Below are positions 20,956 through 31,125 of a stretch of 64,000 nucleotides of DNA, in pieces; position 1 is the first letter of the stretch; each line of letters starts with the position of its first letter. The stretch is from Promethearchaeota archaeon (GTDB taxonomy: Archaea > Asgardarchaeota > Lokiarchaeia > Sigyniarchaeales > SOKP01). The stretch is taken from assembly GCA_016839765.1 (NCBI GenBank), contig JAEOTP010000015.1, positions 32,001 to 96,000 of the forward strand, written 5' to 3'. The notes beneath the pieces are model-generated. The model made no database searches, was not told the DNA's origin, and worked only from the letters and a program-made list of their open reading frames with translations. The position numbers and the translations under genes are program-made.

Positions 20956-22539
20956 ATGAACAAAATTAACCAAATAATTTTATGCATTATTGATGATGTA
21001 AGTTCAGATCATTTTTTTAACTTAATAAATAAAGGTCGTCTTCTAAATTTTAAAAAATTAATGAAAAGTGGAATTTTTTCAACAAGTTGTATAACTGATT
21101 TTCCAGCGATAACATTTCCAACTCAAGTCTCAATAATTACTGGAACCTATACTGGTGATTATCGAAATGAGTTATGTCACGGTGTTCCAATGTATGATTG
21201 GATGGAACGGAGTGTCTCACCTCCGATGTTACGTTCATATGGTACTTATGGTTCTGACGAACGAGTTCAAATTTATAAAATAAATGAAGACATTGGAAAT
21301 AAATGCCAAACTATATTTGAAATGGTTGACGAGGGAAATTCCGCTAGTATAGCTCAATTTATCAATAGAGGCACCAAATATTTCTTCCCAGAGAGAAAAA
21401 CAAAACTAATGATGTACTATCTCTTCATAAAATATTACAAAAACATTAAAGAAATGATGATAAGAGCAAATACAATTATTGTAAAGGAACTTCTAAAGAC
21501 TTTTAAAACTCCAAGGAAATTTTTTGAAAACCAAGAACCCCCAATTATCTCACTGTTATGGTTTGTTTCATCTGATTTATTAATGCATAGTTTTGGTTAT
21601 GATTCAAAAATTTATGAATTAAATCTTCGACATATTGATAAAGTAATGGGATATTTGATTGAAGAACTCGATAAATTAGGATATTTGGATGATACAGTAT
21701 TAGCTATAACCTCCGATCATGGAAATTACAAGGCAAATAAGATTGGAAATATGGGCTTATTTCTTAGAAGTAAAGGATTAACGCAATATCATCCTCGTAA
21801 AAATATTAAAGGAAATATGGATCTAGCCGAATTTGGAGGATTAGGGTTTTTTTATTTTAAATCGAATAATCCAATTTCAAAGAAAATTTGGAAGTATCCA
21901 AACTTGGAGAGTTTTAAAGTATATGGCCCAAAGAAGGTAAATTTATTTCAAGAATTATTTAAGATTGATGGTACTGAATTGATGTATTATAAAGATGATG
22001 AAAATTCGACAGATAAAGGTATGATTTATTTAAAGAGGAAAAATCCTGAAACAAATAAAATTGAATCTGGATATATTGAATATCGGGGAAATTCTAAAGA
22101 TCTTAAAACAAAATATGTATCTGAAAATCAAAATAATGATATTTTTGGATATTCTGATGATGCGCTCGCATTTAAATTGTTGGATAACAAATTTCATTCA
22201 ATTCAAGAATGGCTAGATGTTACTTATCATGCTAACTATCCAATATATCCGGATCTATTAATAAGACATTTTAAAAATCCTCGAAGTGCAGATATTATCA
22301 TTAGCACTAAAGGTAAAATTGCTTATAACATTAAACATGGTCGAGAGAGGCGTAGTAGTTATTATTTGCATGACATTGGTTTAAGGAGGAGCGCTGTTGT
22401 ACCTCTAATAATAGCAGGGCCTGATGAGATCCCCCAAAGAGAAATATCTCATTGTAAAATAACTGATATTGTACCTACATTATTAAAATTGTTAGGAAAA
22501 ACTCCTCATAAAAGTGTTGTAGGAAAAACTCTAATTTAA
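20956..22539 (+). CDS. Alkaline phosphatase superfamily nucleotide pyrophosphatase/phosphodiesterase
   Basis: IIDD, PAITFP, DLLMH, TSDHG, VPLI, DIVPT. Confidence 0.85.
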   Translation: MNKINQIILCIIDDVSSDHFFNLINKGRLLNFKKLMKSGIFSTSCITDFPAITFPTQVSIITGTYTGDYRNELCHGVPMYDWMERSVSPPMLRSYGTYGSDERVQIYKINEDIGNKCQTIFEMVDEGNSASIAQFINRGTKYFFPERKTKLMMYYLFIKYYKNIKEMMIRANTIIVKELLKTFKTPRKFFENQEPPIISLLWFVSSDLLMHSFGYDSKIYELNLRHIDKVMGYLIEELDKLGYLDDTVLAITSDHGNYKANKIGNMGLFLRSKGLTQYHPRKNIKGNMDLAEFGGLGFFYFKSNNPISKKIWKYPNLESFKVYGPKKVNLFQELFKIDGTELMYYKDDENSTDKGMIYLKRKNPETNKIESGYIEYRGNSKDLKTKYVSENQNNDIFGYSDDALAFKLLDNKFHSIQEWLDVTYHANYPIYPDLLIRHFKNPRSADIIISTKGKIAYNIKHGRERRSSYYLHDIGLRRSAVVPLIIAGPDEIPQREISHCKITDIVPTLLKLLGKTPHKSVVGKTLI

Positions 22540-22593
22540 GAACTATCTGAAATTATGTATTCTAATCTAAAAGCTTAAAAAAATAAGCTAACA

Positions 22594-23550
22594 TTGAACA
22601 ACGAAATTTTAATTACTGGTACAGATGGATTTATCGGTTCATATTTAAAGAGCTATTTTTTAGATAATCAATATAGGGTATATGGAACTGTTTACAATCT
22701 GAGAGAACCTAATGATTATGAAGTAAAAATTGACTTTCGAAAAAAGCAAGATTTTGAAAAATTACCAAATAAAACTTTTGATATTATTATACATACCGTT
22801 GGAATAGTGGATCAAACTGTTCCAAAAAAGTTAATAATGTCCGTTAATGCTAAAGGTACAAAATATATTTGTAATTGGGCTCTAAAGCATAAATGTAAAC
22901 ATTTTATATTCGTTAGCTCTGTTTCTGCATATGGTTTTAAACTGTTAGGGGAAAATCGTTCTGAAAAGAAAACAAGGAGAACCTTTGGAATTTTAAGTCT
23001 ACCTTATATGAAATCCAAAGCAAACGCAGAACGATATATTGAAAAAAGTGGGTTATATTATACTATATTAAGACTTCCTCCTGTTTTAGGTAAAGGTGAT
23101 ACTTATCTCTCTCCTGCAATTATTCCTAAACTACTTCAAGGCACCTTTTTCTTTTGTGGTAAAAAGGATCGAAAATTTTCTACTCTTAACATAAAGAATC
23201 TAGGTCCAATTCTTACCAAAATAATCCAAGATGATCCATATTGTGAGGTATTTAATTGTACTGATTTCGAAATTACTTGGAGTGAATTAATAGAAGAATA
23301 TGCAAAACGGTTAGAGATTGACTTAATTAAGCAATATAAACCTTTATTGAGCTGCTTGAAAAGGTGGAGTGATAAACAATATTTACTGATATTAGGTTTT
23401 GCTCGATTTGGATGTCATTATTCAAATGATAAATTAATAAATAGATATAACTTTATCCCTATATACTCATGGAAAGATGGAATAAAAGAAGCAGTTGATG
23501 GTTATAAAACTAAAAAAGAAGATTGGAAAAAAAATTCCGTCTTATTGTAA
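22594..23550 (+). CDS. NAD-dependent epimerase/dehydratase (extended SDR)
   Basis: ITGTDGFIG, SS, YMKSK. Confidence 0.88.
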   Translation: MNNEILITGTDGFIGSYLKSYFLDNQYRVYGTVYNLREPNDYEVKIDFRKKQDFEKLPNKTFDIIIHTVGIVDQTVPKKLIMSVNAKGTKYICNWALKHKCKHFIFVSSVSAYGFKLLGENRSEKKTRRTFGILSLPYMKSKANAERYIEKSGLYYTILRLPPVLGKGDTYLSPAIIPKLLQGTFFFCGKKDRKFSTLNIKNLGPILTKIIQDDPYCEVFNCTDFEITWSELIEEYAKRLEIDLIKQYKPLLSCLKRWSDKQYLLILGFARFGCHYSNDKLINRYNFIPIYSWKDGIKEAVDGYKTKKEDWKKNSVLL

Positions 23551-23663
23551 TTAACTAAAAGCTAATGATTATAAAGATATAATTATATTATTAATATTGT
23601 TTCAATAAGCTAGCTTACCTAATTAAGTTTCAATTTCTTAATAACAGGACTGATATTTTAATA

Positions 23664-24275
23664 ATGGTTGAGTTGAATAAATTCATAGAAGAGTTAAAAA
23701 GTTCACGAAATATTGTTCGGATAACGGTAGTAGGAGATGGTGCGGTAGGGAAAACAACTTTAGTCCGAGCACTTCTTCGAAAAACTAAAAATTGTTCTGG
23801 AAATCATTCAAATATTAATTTAATAGAGGAAAAGGAAATTAAGCGTACTCCCTTCATAGAGATAGAATCTTGGACATATAAAGATTTGATAATTCAGTGC
23901 TATGATTTAGCAGGCCAAAGAATTCCAGGTGCTCATCCTTTAGATATTTTACAAAGTCAAGTTATTAGTTCAATAGATATTTTCATTTTTGTTTTCTCAG
24001 TTGATAGATATAAGTCTTTTGAAAACCTTAATAATTGGAGGACATTAATGAATTTAAATAACATGAGAAGGGATAATAACGGATTAATACTTGTTGGAAA
24101 CAAAATAGACTTAGAGAGAAATGTATCAAGAGGACTAGTACAATTAATTGCTGGGGAAGACAGATACTTTCATTCATATGTAGAAACAAGTGCAACAAAG
24201 GAAATTGGAATTGAAGAATTATTAGATGAAATTGTTAATGTTGGAAAAAAAATCTTAACATTTTACAGCTCTTAA
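23664..24275 (+). CDS. Ras-superfamily small GTPase
   Basis: GDGAVGKT, T(G2), DLAGQ, NKID, SAT. Confidence 0.92.
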   Translation: MVELNKFIEELKSSRNIVRITVVGDGAVGKTTLVRALLRKTKNCSGNHSNINLIEEKEIKRTPFIEIESWTYKDLIIQCYDLAGQRIPGAHPLDILQSQVISSIDIFIFVFSVDRYKSFENLNNWRTLMNLNNMRRDNNGLILVGNKIDLERNVSRGLVQLIAGEDRYFHSYVETSATKEIGIEELLDEIVNVGKKILTFYSS

Positions 24276-24286
24276 TTGATAATTGT

Positions 24287-26506
24287 ATGACTATTATAAA
24301 TTGTAAACTCTGTAATGAAAAGATTAGTTTTGACCTTCATAATGCAGGAACTTACTTACATATAACTGAGTCAGGAAATCCTATGATTGGAAAATTATAC
24401 ACAGTCCGCGTAGGACATCAAACTAATTCAGGATCATTACATATAAATGTTGTTGTTATCGATCAAAGAGGTGAATATCGTGCTCATAAAGATTACTATG
24501 AAGATAAACAACTTAAGGATAAAACAGCTGATATATGGGAAAAAATAATACATCAAATTCCAATAGAAATTCGAGCCTATTTATCCTTAGCAAATAATGA
24601 GGAAAAAAAAATTATCTCCTCAATTCCTGAACCATTTACTAAATCTGCTAATGAATGGTATGATGTTTTAATAAGATTAAAAAATGAAAATCCAAATAAT
24701 CAGTTGCTCAGCCTTCTTTCTGTTAAATGGGGTTTTATTATAGGTAAAGGAAAGCAGCTTTTACAGGATACTTATAATCCTAATTCCTGGAGTTATCCTA
24801 TCTATATACGCTTACAAGCAAGATTTGCTCCTAGACCAGAATTAGTTGGAATAGCAAAAAACATGAACATACCTTCTGCTCCCCCTTTAATGCAATTAGA
24901 AGAAGCGATCGCTAGAGCTGAAACTTATTTGCGTTTAAATGAATATAATCTTATAAAAGAATTATATAATGACTCTTTGAGAAAATGGGGAAATGAAACT
25001 TCTATTGAAATGAAAACTGGGTTAATGCTTATTCAAGGATATTATGGTTTTGGGTTCTACTTCCTTGGGGATATCAATAAAGGACTTGAATTAATAGAAC
25101 CAGCTTTTAATTTCGGACAAATAATTGAAAACCGTGAAGTAATCAGCATTACTGGAAATTTTTATGCTGCAGTGCTCCAATCCAGTGGAGAATTAGAAAA
25201 AACTTTACAGACTTACAATATTGTTCTAGATGTTAGTGAAGATATGGGTGATGAAAGAACTAAAGCTGTAATCTCAACAAATATGTCCATTGTTGAGTCA
25301 AAACAAGGATTATATGATAAAGCATTAAAACGTCAAAGAGCTATTTTAGAGTCACCAGTAGTTAAAGATGAATTTTTCTTAAAAATTTCGCTCCAAAGCA
25401 TTATCGCTGAGACGCTCTTTATAGCTGAGCATTATGATGAGTCAAAAGAGTTATGTCAAGCAATACTTCTTGAGAAAAATATGCCAACTAATTACAAATT
25501 TGATACCCTTTCCACCTTAAAAAAAATTGCCGGAAAGACTGATTCACCCGAATTATTGGAGTTTGTCACCAATAATCTACCGGATGATAAAGAATTTTTA
25601 GAAACACCTGTATATAAGATTTTTAATTATGATTTACAAGCAATTAATGCAAAATTACACGAAAACTGGCATGAATTAATTGAGTGTTTAAAGAACGAAC
25701 GAGATATTATGTTTAAGAATAAATTGGTAGAAGATGCGAGTGATATTGAAATTAGACTTGCTGATGGATATTTTAAACAATATCAAAAATCTGATAAGCT
25801 TGAATATCTCAATCATGCATATAGCCATTTAGACTTAGCTAAAATTATTGCTATAGAGCAACAAAATTATCTAGATCATTGTAGATTGGTAATGCTTAAA
25901 GGATTTCTAGCTTCAAAAAGTAAGTTATCTGAACAAGCAGAAATGAATTTTAAAGAAGCTTTGAAAATCGCTCGGGTATATAAATTAACTCATTTAGAAA
26001 GTCAAATTATCCAGCAATTAGATTTACTAAAAAAAGGTAGTATTGAAAAGTCTGCAGGTTCATTTTTACGGAAATTATTCAATAGATTAACCTTCAGAAA
26101 AGTTGAAGAGTCAAAACCAAAACAAAAAAGCATAATCTATGCAGTATCCATAGGAGCCCAAGATTCTACTTGGATGATGATTTTACAAAATGAAAAAGAT
26201 GGTAATCCGGAACATACTAATTATCTTTTAGGATTCCGTGATTTATGGAATCATTTAGGAACAGATAACATTCAGCAACAAGTAAATTATTTTACAGTCA
26301 GTAAGGGAGCTGTTTTAATCGAGAAGTCACTAAATTTTCAATTAATTGCTCTAAGCAATAAATTAGATTATTTAACTAGATTAACACTTCAGAATCTATT
26401 ACCTAAGATAGAAAATTTCTCTTATAAAAATATTCCCGAAAAGTTGACAGAACACGTGCATGAACTGATTAATAGCACTTTAACTAATTTTTTCAAAGTC
26501 AAGTAA
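24287..26506 (+). CDS. TPR-like helical repeat protein with N-terminal CxxC domain
   Basis: CKLC at N-terminus; repeated helical units with TPR-like A/Y/G pattern; 11 nt downstream of the GTPase. Confidence 0.65.
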   Translation: MTIINCKLCNEKISFDLHNAGTYLHITESGNPMIGKLYTVRVGHQTNSGSLHINVVVIDQRGEYRAHKDYYEDKQLKDKTADIWEKIIHQIPIEIRAYLSLANNEEKKIISSIPEPFTKSANEWYDVLIRLKNENPNNQLLSLLSVKWGFIIGKGKQLLQDTYNPNSWSYPIYIRLQARFAPRPELVGIAKNMNIPSAPPLMQLEEAIARAETYLRLNEYNLIKELYNDSLRKWGNETSIEMKTGLMLIQGYYGFGFYFLGDINKGLELIEPAFNFGQIIENREVISITGNFYAAVLQSSGELEKTLQTYNIVLDVSEDMGDERTKAVISTNMSIVESKQGLYDKALKRQRAILESPVVKDEFFLKISLQSIIAETLFIAEHYDESKELCQAILLEKNMPTNYKFDTLSTLKKIAGKTDSPELLEFVTNNLPDDKEFLETPVYKIFNYDLQAINAKLHENWHELIECLKNERDIMFKNKLVEDASDIEIRLADGYFKQYQKSDKLEYLNHAYSHLDLAKIIAIEQQNYLDHCRLVMLKGFLASKSKLSEQAEMNFKEALKIARVYKLTHLESQIIQQLDLLKKGSIEKSAGSFLRKLFNRLTFRKVEESKPKQKSIIYAVSIGAQDSTWMMILQNEKDGNPEHTNYLLGFRDLWNHLGTDNIQQQVNYFTVSKGAVLIEKSLNFQLIALSNKLDYLTRLTLQNLLPKIENFSYKNIPEKLTEHVHELINSTLTNFFKVK

Positions 26507-26524
26507 AGATTAATATTTACTTTT

Positions 26525-26965
26525 GTGAAGCGTATGGAACCTAAATTTATGTCAAAAGTATTAAAAATTAAAGATAAAACCAGAATAAAAGTTCGTTTTA
26601 ATGACACGGATGCAATGGGTATCGTACATTTTAAAAATTATTTAGTATATTTTGACGATGGTTTTGTCAGTTTTATGAATAACTTACTTGCTCCTAAAAG
26701 AATAGAGGACACTGTTCATGAAGGATTTGTATTTGGTGTTAAAAAAGTTGATATTACTTATCAAGGTTCTGTAGGATTTGGGGATTATGTAATAGTTGAG
26801 ACCCAAATAACAGAAATGGGGAATTCTTCTGTTACATTTCATCATAAGATTTTTAGGGAATCCGATAATAAATTAATTGCAACAATTAATTGCGTAAGGC
26901 TAGTTATGGAGCTTCGAACTAATAAATTAGTAAAAGTTAATGATTTTTTTACTAAATATCTTTAA
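26525..26965 (+). CDS. Acyl-CoA thioesterase (4HBT/YbgC hotdog fold)
   Basis: VRFNDTDAMGIVHFKNY. Confidence 0.9.
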   Translation: MKRMEPKFMSKVLKIKDKTRIKVRFNDTDAMGIVHFKNYLVYFDDGFVSFMNNLLAPKRIEDTVHEGFVFGVKKVDITYQGSVGFGDYVIVETQITEMGNSSVTFHHKIFRESDNKLIATINCVRLVMELRTNKLVKVNDFFTKYL

Positions 26966-27040
26966 TTTTTAATAAGATTATACATTCAAATGATCATTCT
27001 ATTTGATTATATTTTATAAAGAGTAAAGAAGGTTAAGAAT

Positions 27041-28054
27041 ATGGATTCTAATATTGCAGCAGCCAATGCTCTTCAATATGTTTTAGAAGCTAAACCAGGG
27101 GAAACTATACTAATAATTTCCGATGATATAAAAAAAGAAGTAGGACAAGCTTTCGCAAGTGGAGCAATTGATTTAGGGCTGTGGACTCGTTTAGTTATTT
27201 TAGAAACGGAAGATGAATTATTTAGAACAGAAATACCTGCTAATCTATTAGAAATGCTAAACTCACCTTATAAACCAGATATTTTTATCAATATTTTTAG
27301 AGATACCAGTAAAGAAACACCTTTTCGAATTAAGATAGTTCAATTAGAGACTCGAAAGAAGCTTTCACGAGCGGGACACTGTCCAGGTATAACTATGGAT
27401 ATGTTAACAAAAGGAGCTTTATCATTAAAAAAGGAAGAATATATTAAAATGCAAAATAATGCTAGAAGGTTATTAACCGTACTACAAGATGTAGAATCAG
27501 CGAAAGTAAAAGCACCAAATGGTTCCAATTTCGAGTTAAGTGTTAAAAATAGAACTTGGTTCTCAGATACATATATTGATTGGAAATTAATGAAATGGAT
27601 GAATTTACCTGTTGGGGAAGTTCTTATAGGACCTATTGAAACCTCAATGCAAGGAACTCTAGTATGTGATCTAGCAATTGGTGGAATAGGTCCAATAGAA
27701 AAAAAAATTACGTTAGAGGTTAAGGACGGTCGTGTTGAGAGTGTTGTAAGTGAAGATAAAGAAGTTCTCAACAATGTTAAAGAAACACAAGCAATTGATG
27801 AGATGGCAAAATATGTAGGAGAATTTGCCTTTGGACTTAACCCTAAAGCCAGATTAGTCGAACAATTTCTCGAAGCTGAAAAAATAGATAATGCGATACA
27901 TGTTGCGTTTGGCAACAATATGGATTACCCAGGCATAGTAGCAAATAATTCAGCACAACATCAAGACTTTTTGGTTGATAACCCAACAGTAGAAATATTT
28001 TACACAAATGGTCGTTCTCGTATAGTGATGGATAAAGGAAAATTAATTATATAA
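27041..28054 (+). CDS. M29-family aminopeptidase
   Basis: NLPVGEV, GEFAFGLN, EAEK, HVAFGNN, HQD. Confidence 0.88.
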   Translation: MDSNIAAANALQYVLEAKPGETILIISDDIKKEVGQAFASGAIDLGLWTRLVILETEDELFRTEIPANLLEMLNSPYKPDIFINIFRDTSKETPFRIKIVQLETRKKLSRAGHCPGITMDMLTKGALSLKKEEYIKMQNNARRLLTVLQDVESAKVKAPNGSNFELSVKNRTWFSDTYIDWKLMKWMNLPVGEVLIGPIETSMQGTLVCDLAIGGIGPIEKKITLEVKDGRVESVVSEDKEVLNNVKETQAIDEMAKYVGEFAFGLNPKARLVEQFLEAEKIDNAIHVAFGNNMDYPGIVANNSAQHQDFLVDNPTVEIFYTNGRSRIVMDKGKLII

Positions 28055-28082
28055 TTAATTTTTACAATATTTCTATTTTTTA

Positions 28083-29183
28083 TCATGTAATTTGAATAGG
28101 GGGTATAAATACATCTCTTGGACCGGTTCTTTTTAGTTTAATGGCATTTTCAGGACAAAAATGAGCACACACTCCACACCCTATACATTTTTTTTGATTT
28201 ACTTTTGCTGTTGAATTACTTAACTCAATTGTTTCCATAGGACATTTTTCTACACAAGTTCCACATCCTAGACAATATTCTTCATTAATTACAGCTAAAT
28301 ATGATGATATTGTATGTAAAGGCGCAATTCCTTGGTAATACATTCGAAACGGGCCACAACAACATTTGCAGCAGTTACATATTGCTTCTAAACCTCGATT
28401 TGTATCCAAATGAACATGAAATACTTTGTGAACTAAACCATAATCCTCAGCTTCTCTAAAGATTTTTAAAGCATCCTCTTTCGAGATGGGTTTCCCAAAA
28501 TTATGTTCTATAACAAATTGAGCACTTTTATCTAAAAAAAAGCAATTTTGTTTCGGTGCGTTTAATTTACATGGATCATCTACCAACTCTTTTTCTTGCC
28601 GACAGTAACAATTTGCTAAAGCAATATCATCATAATCATTGATAATTTGTTCTATTTCTTCATAAGGCATAATACCCTCACCAGCTACCTCTATTTGTTT
28701 TTCTACTGGAATAATTCGATCTAGTGCTGGAGTATTCTTAAATTGTTCAACAATACGATCATAATTCTTCTGAGTTCCTTCTCTCAATTCCTTAAATAAT
28801 TTTTCAAAAAAATATGCCTTTTTTTTATCTTTTTCTGTTGAAGTTCCCCTAAGAAATTGATATTCAAAAATTCCAGGCCACATTGGCATTAAACGATAAA
28901 CCATAATGCCTGTTCTTCTACTGGGAACTCCAACAATTACACCATTGTCCATTAAGCTATTTAATATTTTATTTAATGAGTCATCATCTAAATCGCTTTT
29001 TTGTTTAATCTCGTTAATATTTAGTGAAGGTTTTTTAAAAATTAAAATAAAATTAGCTTGTTCTTCTGACATTAAAGTTTTTATTAACTCTATTATTGTA
29101 GGTGTTATTGGTATAGGCATTTGTCCTGCTTTAGCAATAGTTCTTGCTGCTCGATACCAGAGTTTTTCTATTTTTTCAGTCAT
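28083..29183 (-). CDS. 4Fe-4S dicluster protein with N-terminal wHTH-like region
   Basis: CYCR, ICNCCKCCC, two CxxCxxCxxxCP motifs. Confidence 0.85.
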   Translation of the reverse strand: MTEKIEKLWYRAARTIAKAGQMPIPITPTIIELIKTLMSEEQANFILIFKKPSLNINEIKQKSDLDDDSLNKILNSLMDNGVIVGVPSRRTGIMVYRLMPMWPGIFEYQFLRGTSTEKDKKKAYFFEKLFKELREGTQKNYDRIVEQFKNTPALDRIIPVEKQIEVAGEGIMPYEEIEQIINDYDDIALANCYCRQEKELVDDPCKLNAPKQNCFFLDKSAQFVIEHNFGKPISKEDALKIFREAEDYGLVHKVFHVHLDTNRGLEAICNCCKCCCGPFRMYYQGIAPLHTISSYLAVINEEYCLGCGTCVEKCPMETIELSNSTAKVNQKKCIGCGVCAHFCPENAIKLKRTGPRDVFIPPIQIT

Positions 29184-29290
29184 AATTTAAAATGAAGCCA
29201 GAATATTTTATCCCAAAATTAATGTATAGAAAAAACTAACATTATTTAATTATATTGCGCTGTTTATGAAAAAGAAATTAATGACTGTTT

Positions 29291-29716
29291 TCAAAGAGGT
29301 TCTCTGACTAGATAATATATTTTTTCAGAATTGCATTTAGGACAATTCACTTTCTTATCCTTTGAAGCGGATTCGTCCTCCCATTCTTCATTGCAATTTA
29401 AACAACCATACCCTATAAATCCTTTTTTAACATCAATATTTCCCCCATAAACTTTAATGGCTTTTCCCTCCATTATAGCTTGCGTTACCTTTTGATGAGC
29501 GCTTTCTAATATTCTAGAAAAAGTAGGTTGAGACACTCCCATTTTATTTGCAGAATCTTGTTGATTTAAATCGATATAGTGTTTTAAACGCAATGCTTCG
29601 AATTCTGCTACAGTTAGAATTATTTGATCTTCAGCTAATGGGCCCTCTATTGCTCTTCGAAAATATTGATTATCTGGTGGACTTTTCACCATACGCATTC
29701 TTGTTCGACGACCCAT
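29291..29716 (-). CDS. DUF134-family DNA-binding protein with C-terminal Zn ribbon
   Basis: EFEALRLKH, AxxMGVSQPTFSRIL, CxxC...CPKC; start more likely at MGRR than at 29761. Confidence 0.85.
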   Translation of the reverse strand: MGRRTRMRMVKSPPDNQYFRRAIEGPLAEDQIILTVAEFEALRLKHYIDLNQQDSANKMGVSQPTFSRILESAHQKVTQAIMEGKAIKVYGGNIDVKKGFIGYGCLNCNEEWEDESASKDKKVNCPKCNSEKIYYLVREPL

Positions 29717-29970
29717 AGTCAACACTGAAATAATTAAGTTATATTTGAAATATTTATTCAAAATTTTTATAATTATTTATTCACATTATAAATTTTAATT
29801 ATGGGGTTATATGTTATAAATGAATTGAATTTTTAATGTGAGATATCGATTAGATCAAATTCTTTATTTTTTTTAATTTTTAAATTAATTTTAAAAAATA
29901 TATTACCTACATTGATATTATTATCATATATTTATAAAAATCAAAAAAAGGGTGTTCTAAAGTTAGATAT

Positions 29971-31065
29971 ATTGAATATCAAATAATTATTGGAGATACT
30001 CCACCTGGAATAATAACTGAGGATATTCGGGAAATTGGTACTCCAGAAAAGGGTAAGGTTTTTGAGGAGCAAATTGAAGAAGTAGAGAGGGAAGCAAAAT
30101 TATTTCCTAAAGGTGTAATTCACCATCTTTCAACTGAAGCCTACGTTTGGAACTTTTCTCTAGTGTATCAAGCTCGTAGTTTTGATGTAATTAAATGGAA
30201 AACTGCCTTTTCTTGGAAAGAGGCTATGGATGAAAAAGAAATGAAAAAATATGAAATTGAAAAAGGCTTGTTCATCGGTGTAGTTGCTGGAATATTCTTT
30301 TTTTTAATAGATGAAAATATTGATAGAAATTACATTCAATTAGCAGAAATGATTGACATTTTCATTCAAAAAACCAATCAGGAGGCACCATTTTTAGTCT
30401 ATGGGCTTTTAGAAAGTAAAAAAAAAGTTACTGAATTAAAAACTAATAAAGAAATGCTCAAAAATCTAGCGGATATAAAAACTTTGGTATCTAAATATGG
30501 TGGTGAATTTAAGCTAGAGAATTTAAAAGAAATTAAAATAAATTTACCATCCTTGATCAGAGAATATTCCCATTATATATTAACAACCTTTAAATCTTCT
30601 GCAACGAATTATAAAAATCTTAAACTTAATCAAGTATATTTCTTAGACTATGAAGATTTAACCGCATTAAGAGAGATTGAACTTTCATTAAGTCAACAAT
30701 TAAAAGCTGGAGAGACTGTAGATGAATTGTTAGCTGAATTGTTCTTTAAATATCTAAAGCAGTATCAAGAAAAAATTGAACCTGTTATAGAAGAACCGGT
30801 AGCTCAAGAAGTTGAAAAACCTGTTCCTAAAAGAGCTCAAATAATTAAGGTAATTATCGAAGAAATTAAAAAAGGAATAAGAAGACAATGTCCTGAATGC
30901 CTTAATAATGACAGAAATAAAATTAGAGAAGTTTTAGATAAAGATAATATAATAATGGAAAACCCAAACATTTACGGGTTTAAATATATCTGCGGAATGT
31001 GTGGTTGTGAATTTACTAAAACAGATATGATAAAAAAGGTAAAAGAAGAACAAAAAACTTCTTAG
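29971..31065 (+). CDS. Probable degenerate GTPase-fold protein with C-terminal Zn ribbon; start uncertain
   Basis: Frame open from 29938, coding-like upstream of the tracked GTG at 30163; CPEC...CGMCG at C-terminus. Confidence 0.6.
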   Translation: MEYQIIIGDTPPGIITEDIREIGTPEKGKVFEEQIEEVEREAKLFPKGVIHHLSTEAYVWNFSLVYQARSFDVIKWKTAFSWKEAMDEKEMKKYEIEKGLFIGVVAGIFFFLIDENIDRNYIQLAEMIDIFIQKTNQEAPFLVYGLLESKKKVTELKTNKEMLKNLADIKTLVSKYGGEFKLENLKEIKINLPSLIREYSHYILTTFKSSATNYKNLKLNQVYFLDYEDLTALREIELSLSQQLKAGETVDELLAELFFKYLKQYQEKIEPVIEEPVAQEVEKPVPKRAQIIKVIIEEIKKGIRRQCPECLNNDRNKIREVLDKDNIIMENPNIYGFKYICGMCGCEFTKTDMIKKVKEEQKTS

Positions 31066-31125
31066 TTAATGAATTTTTATATTTTTTGAATTATTTAACC
31101 AAATTATTAACTTATTTTTCAACGG

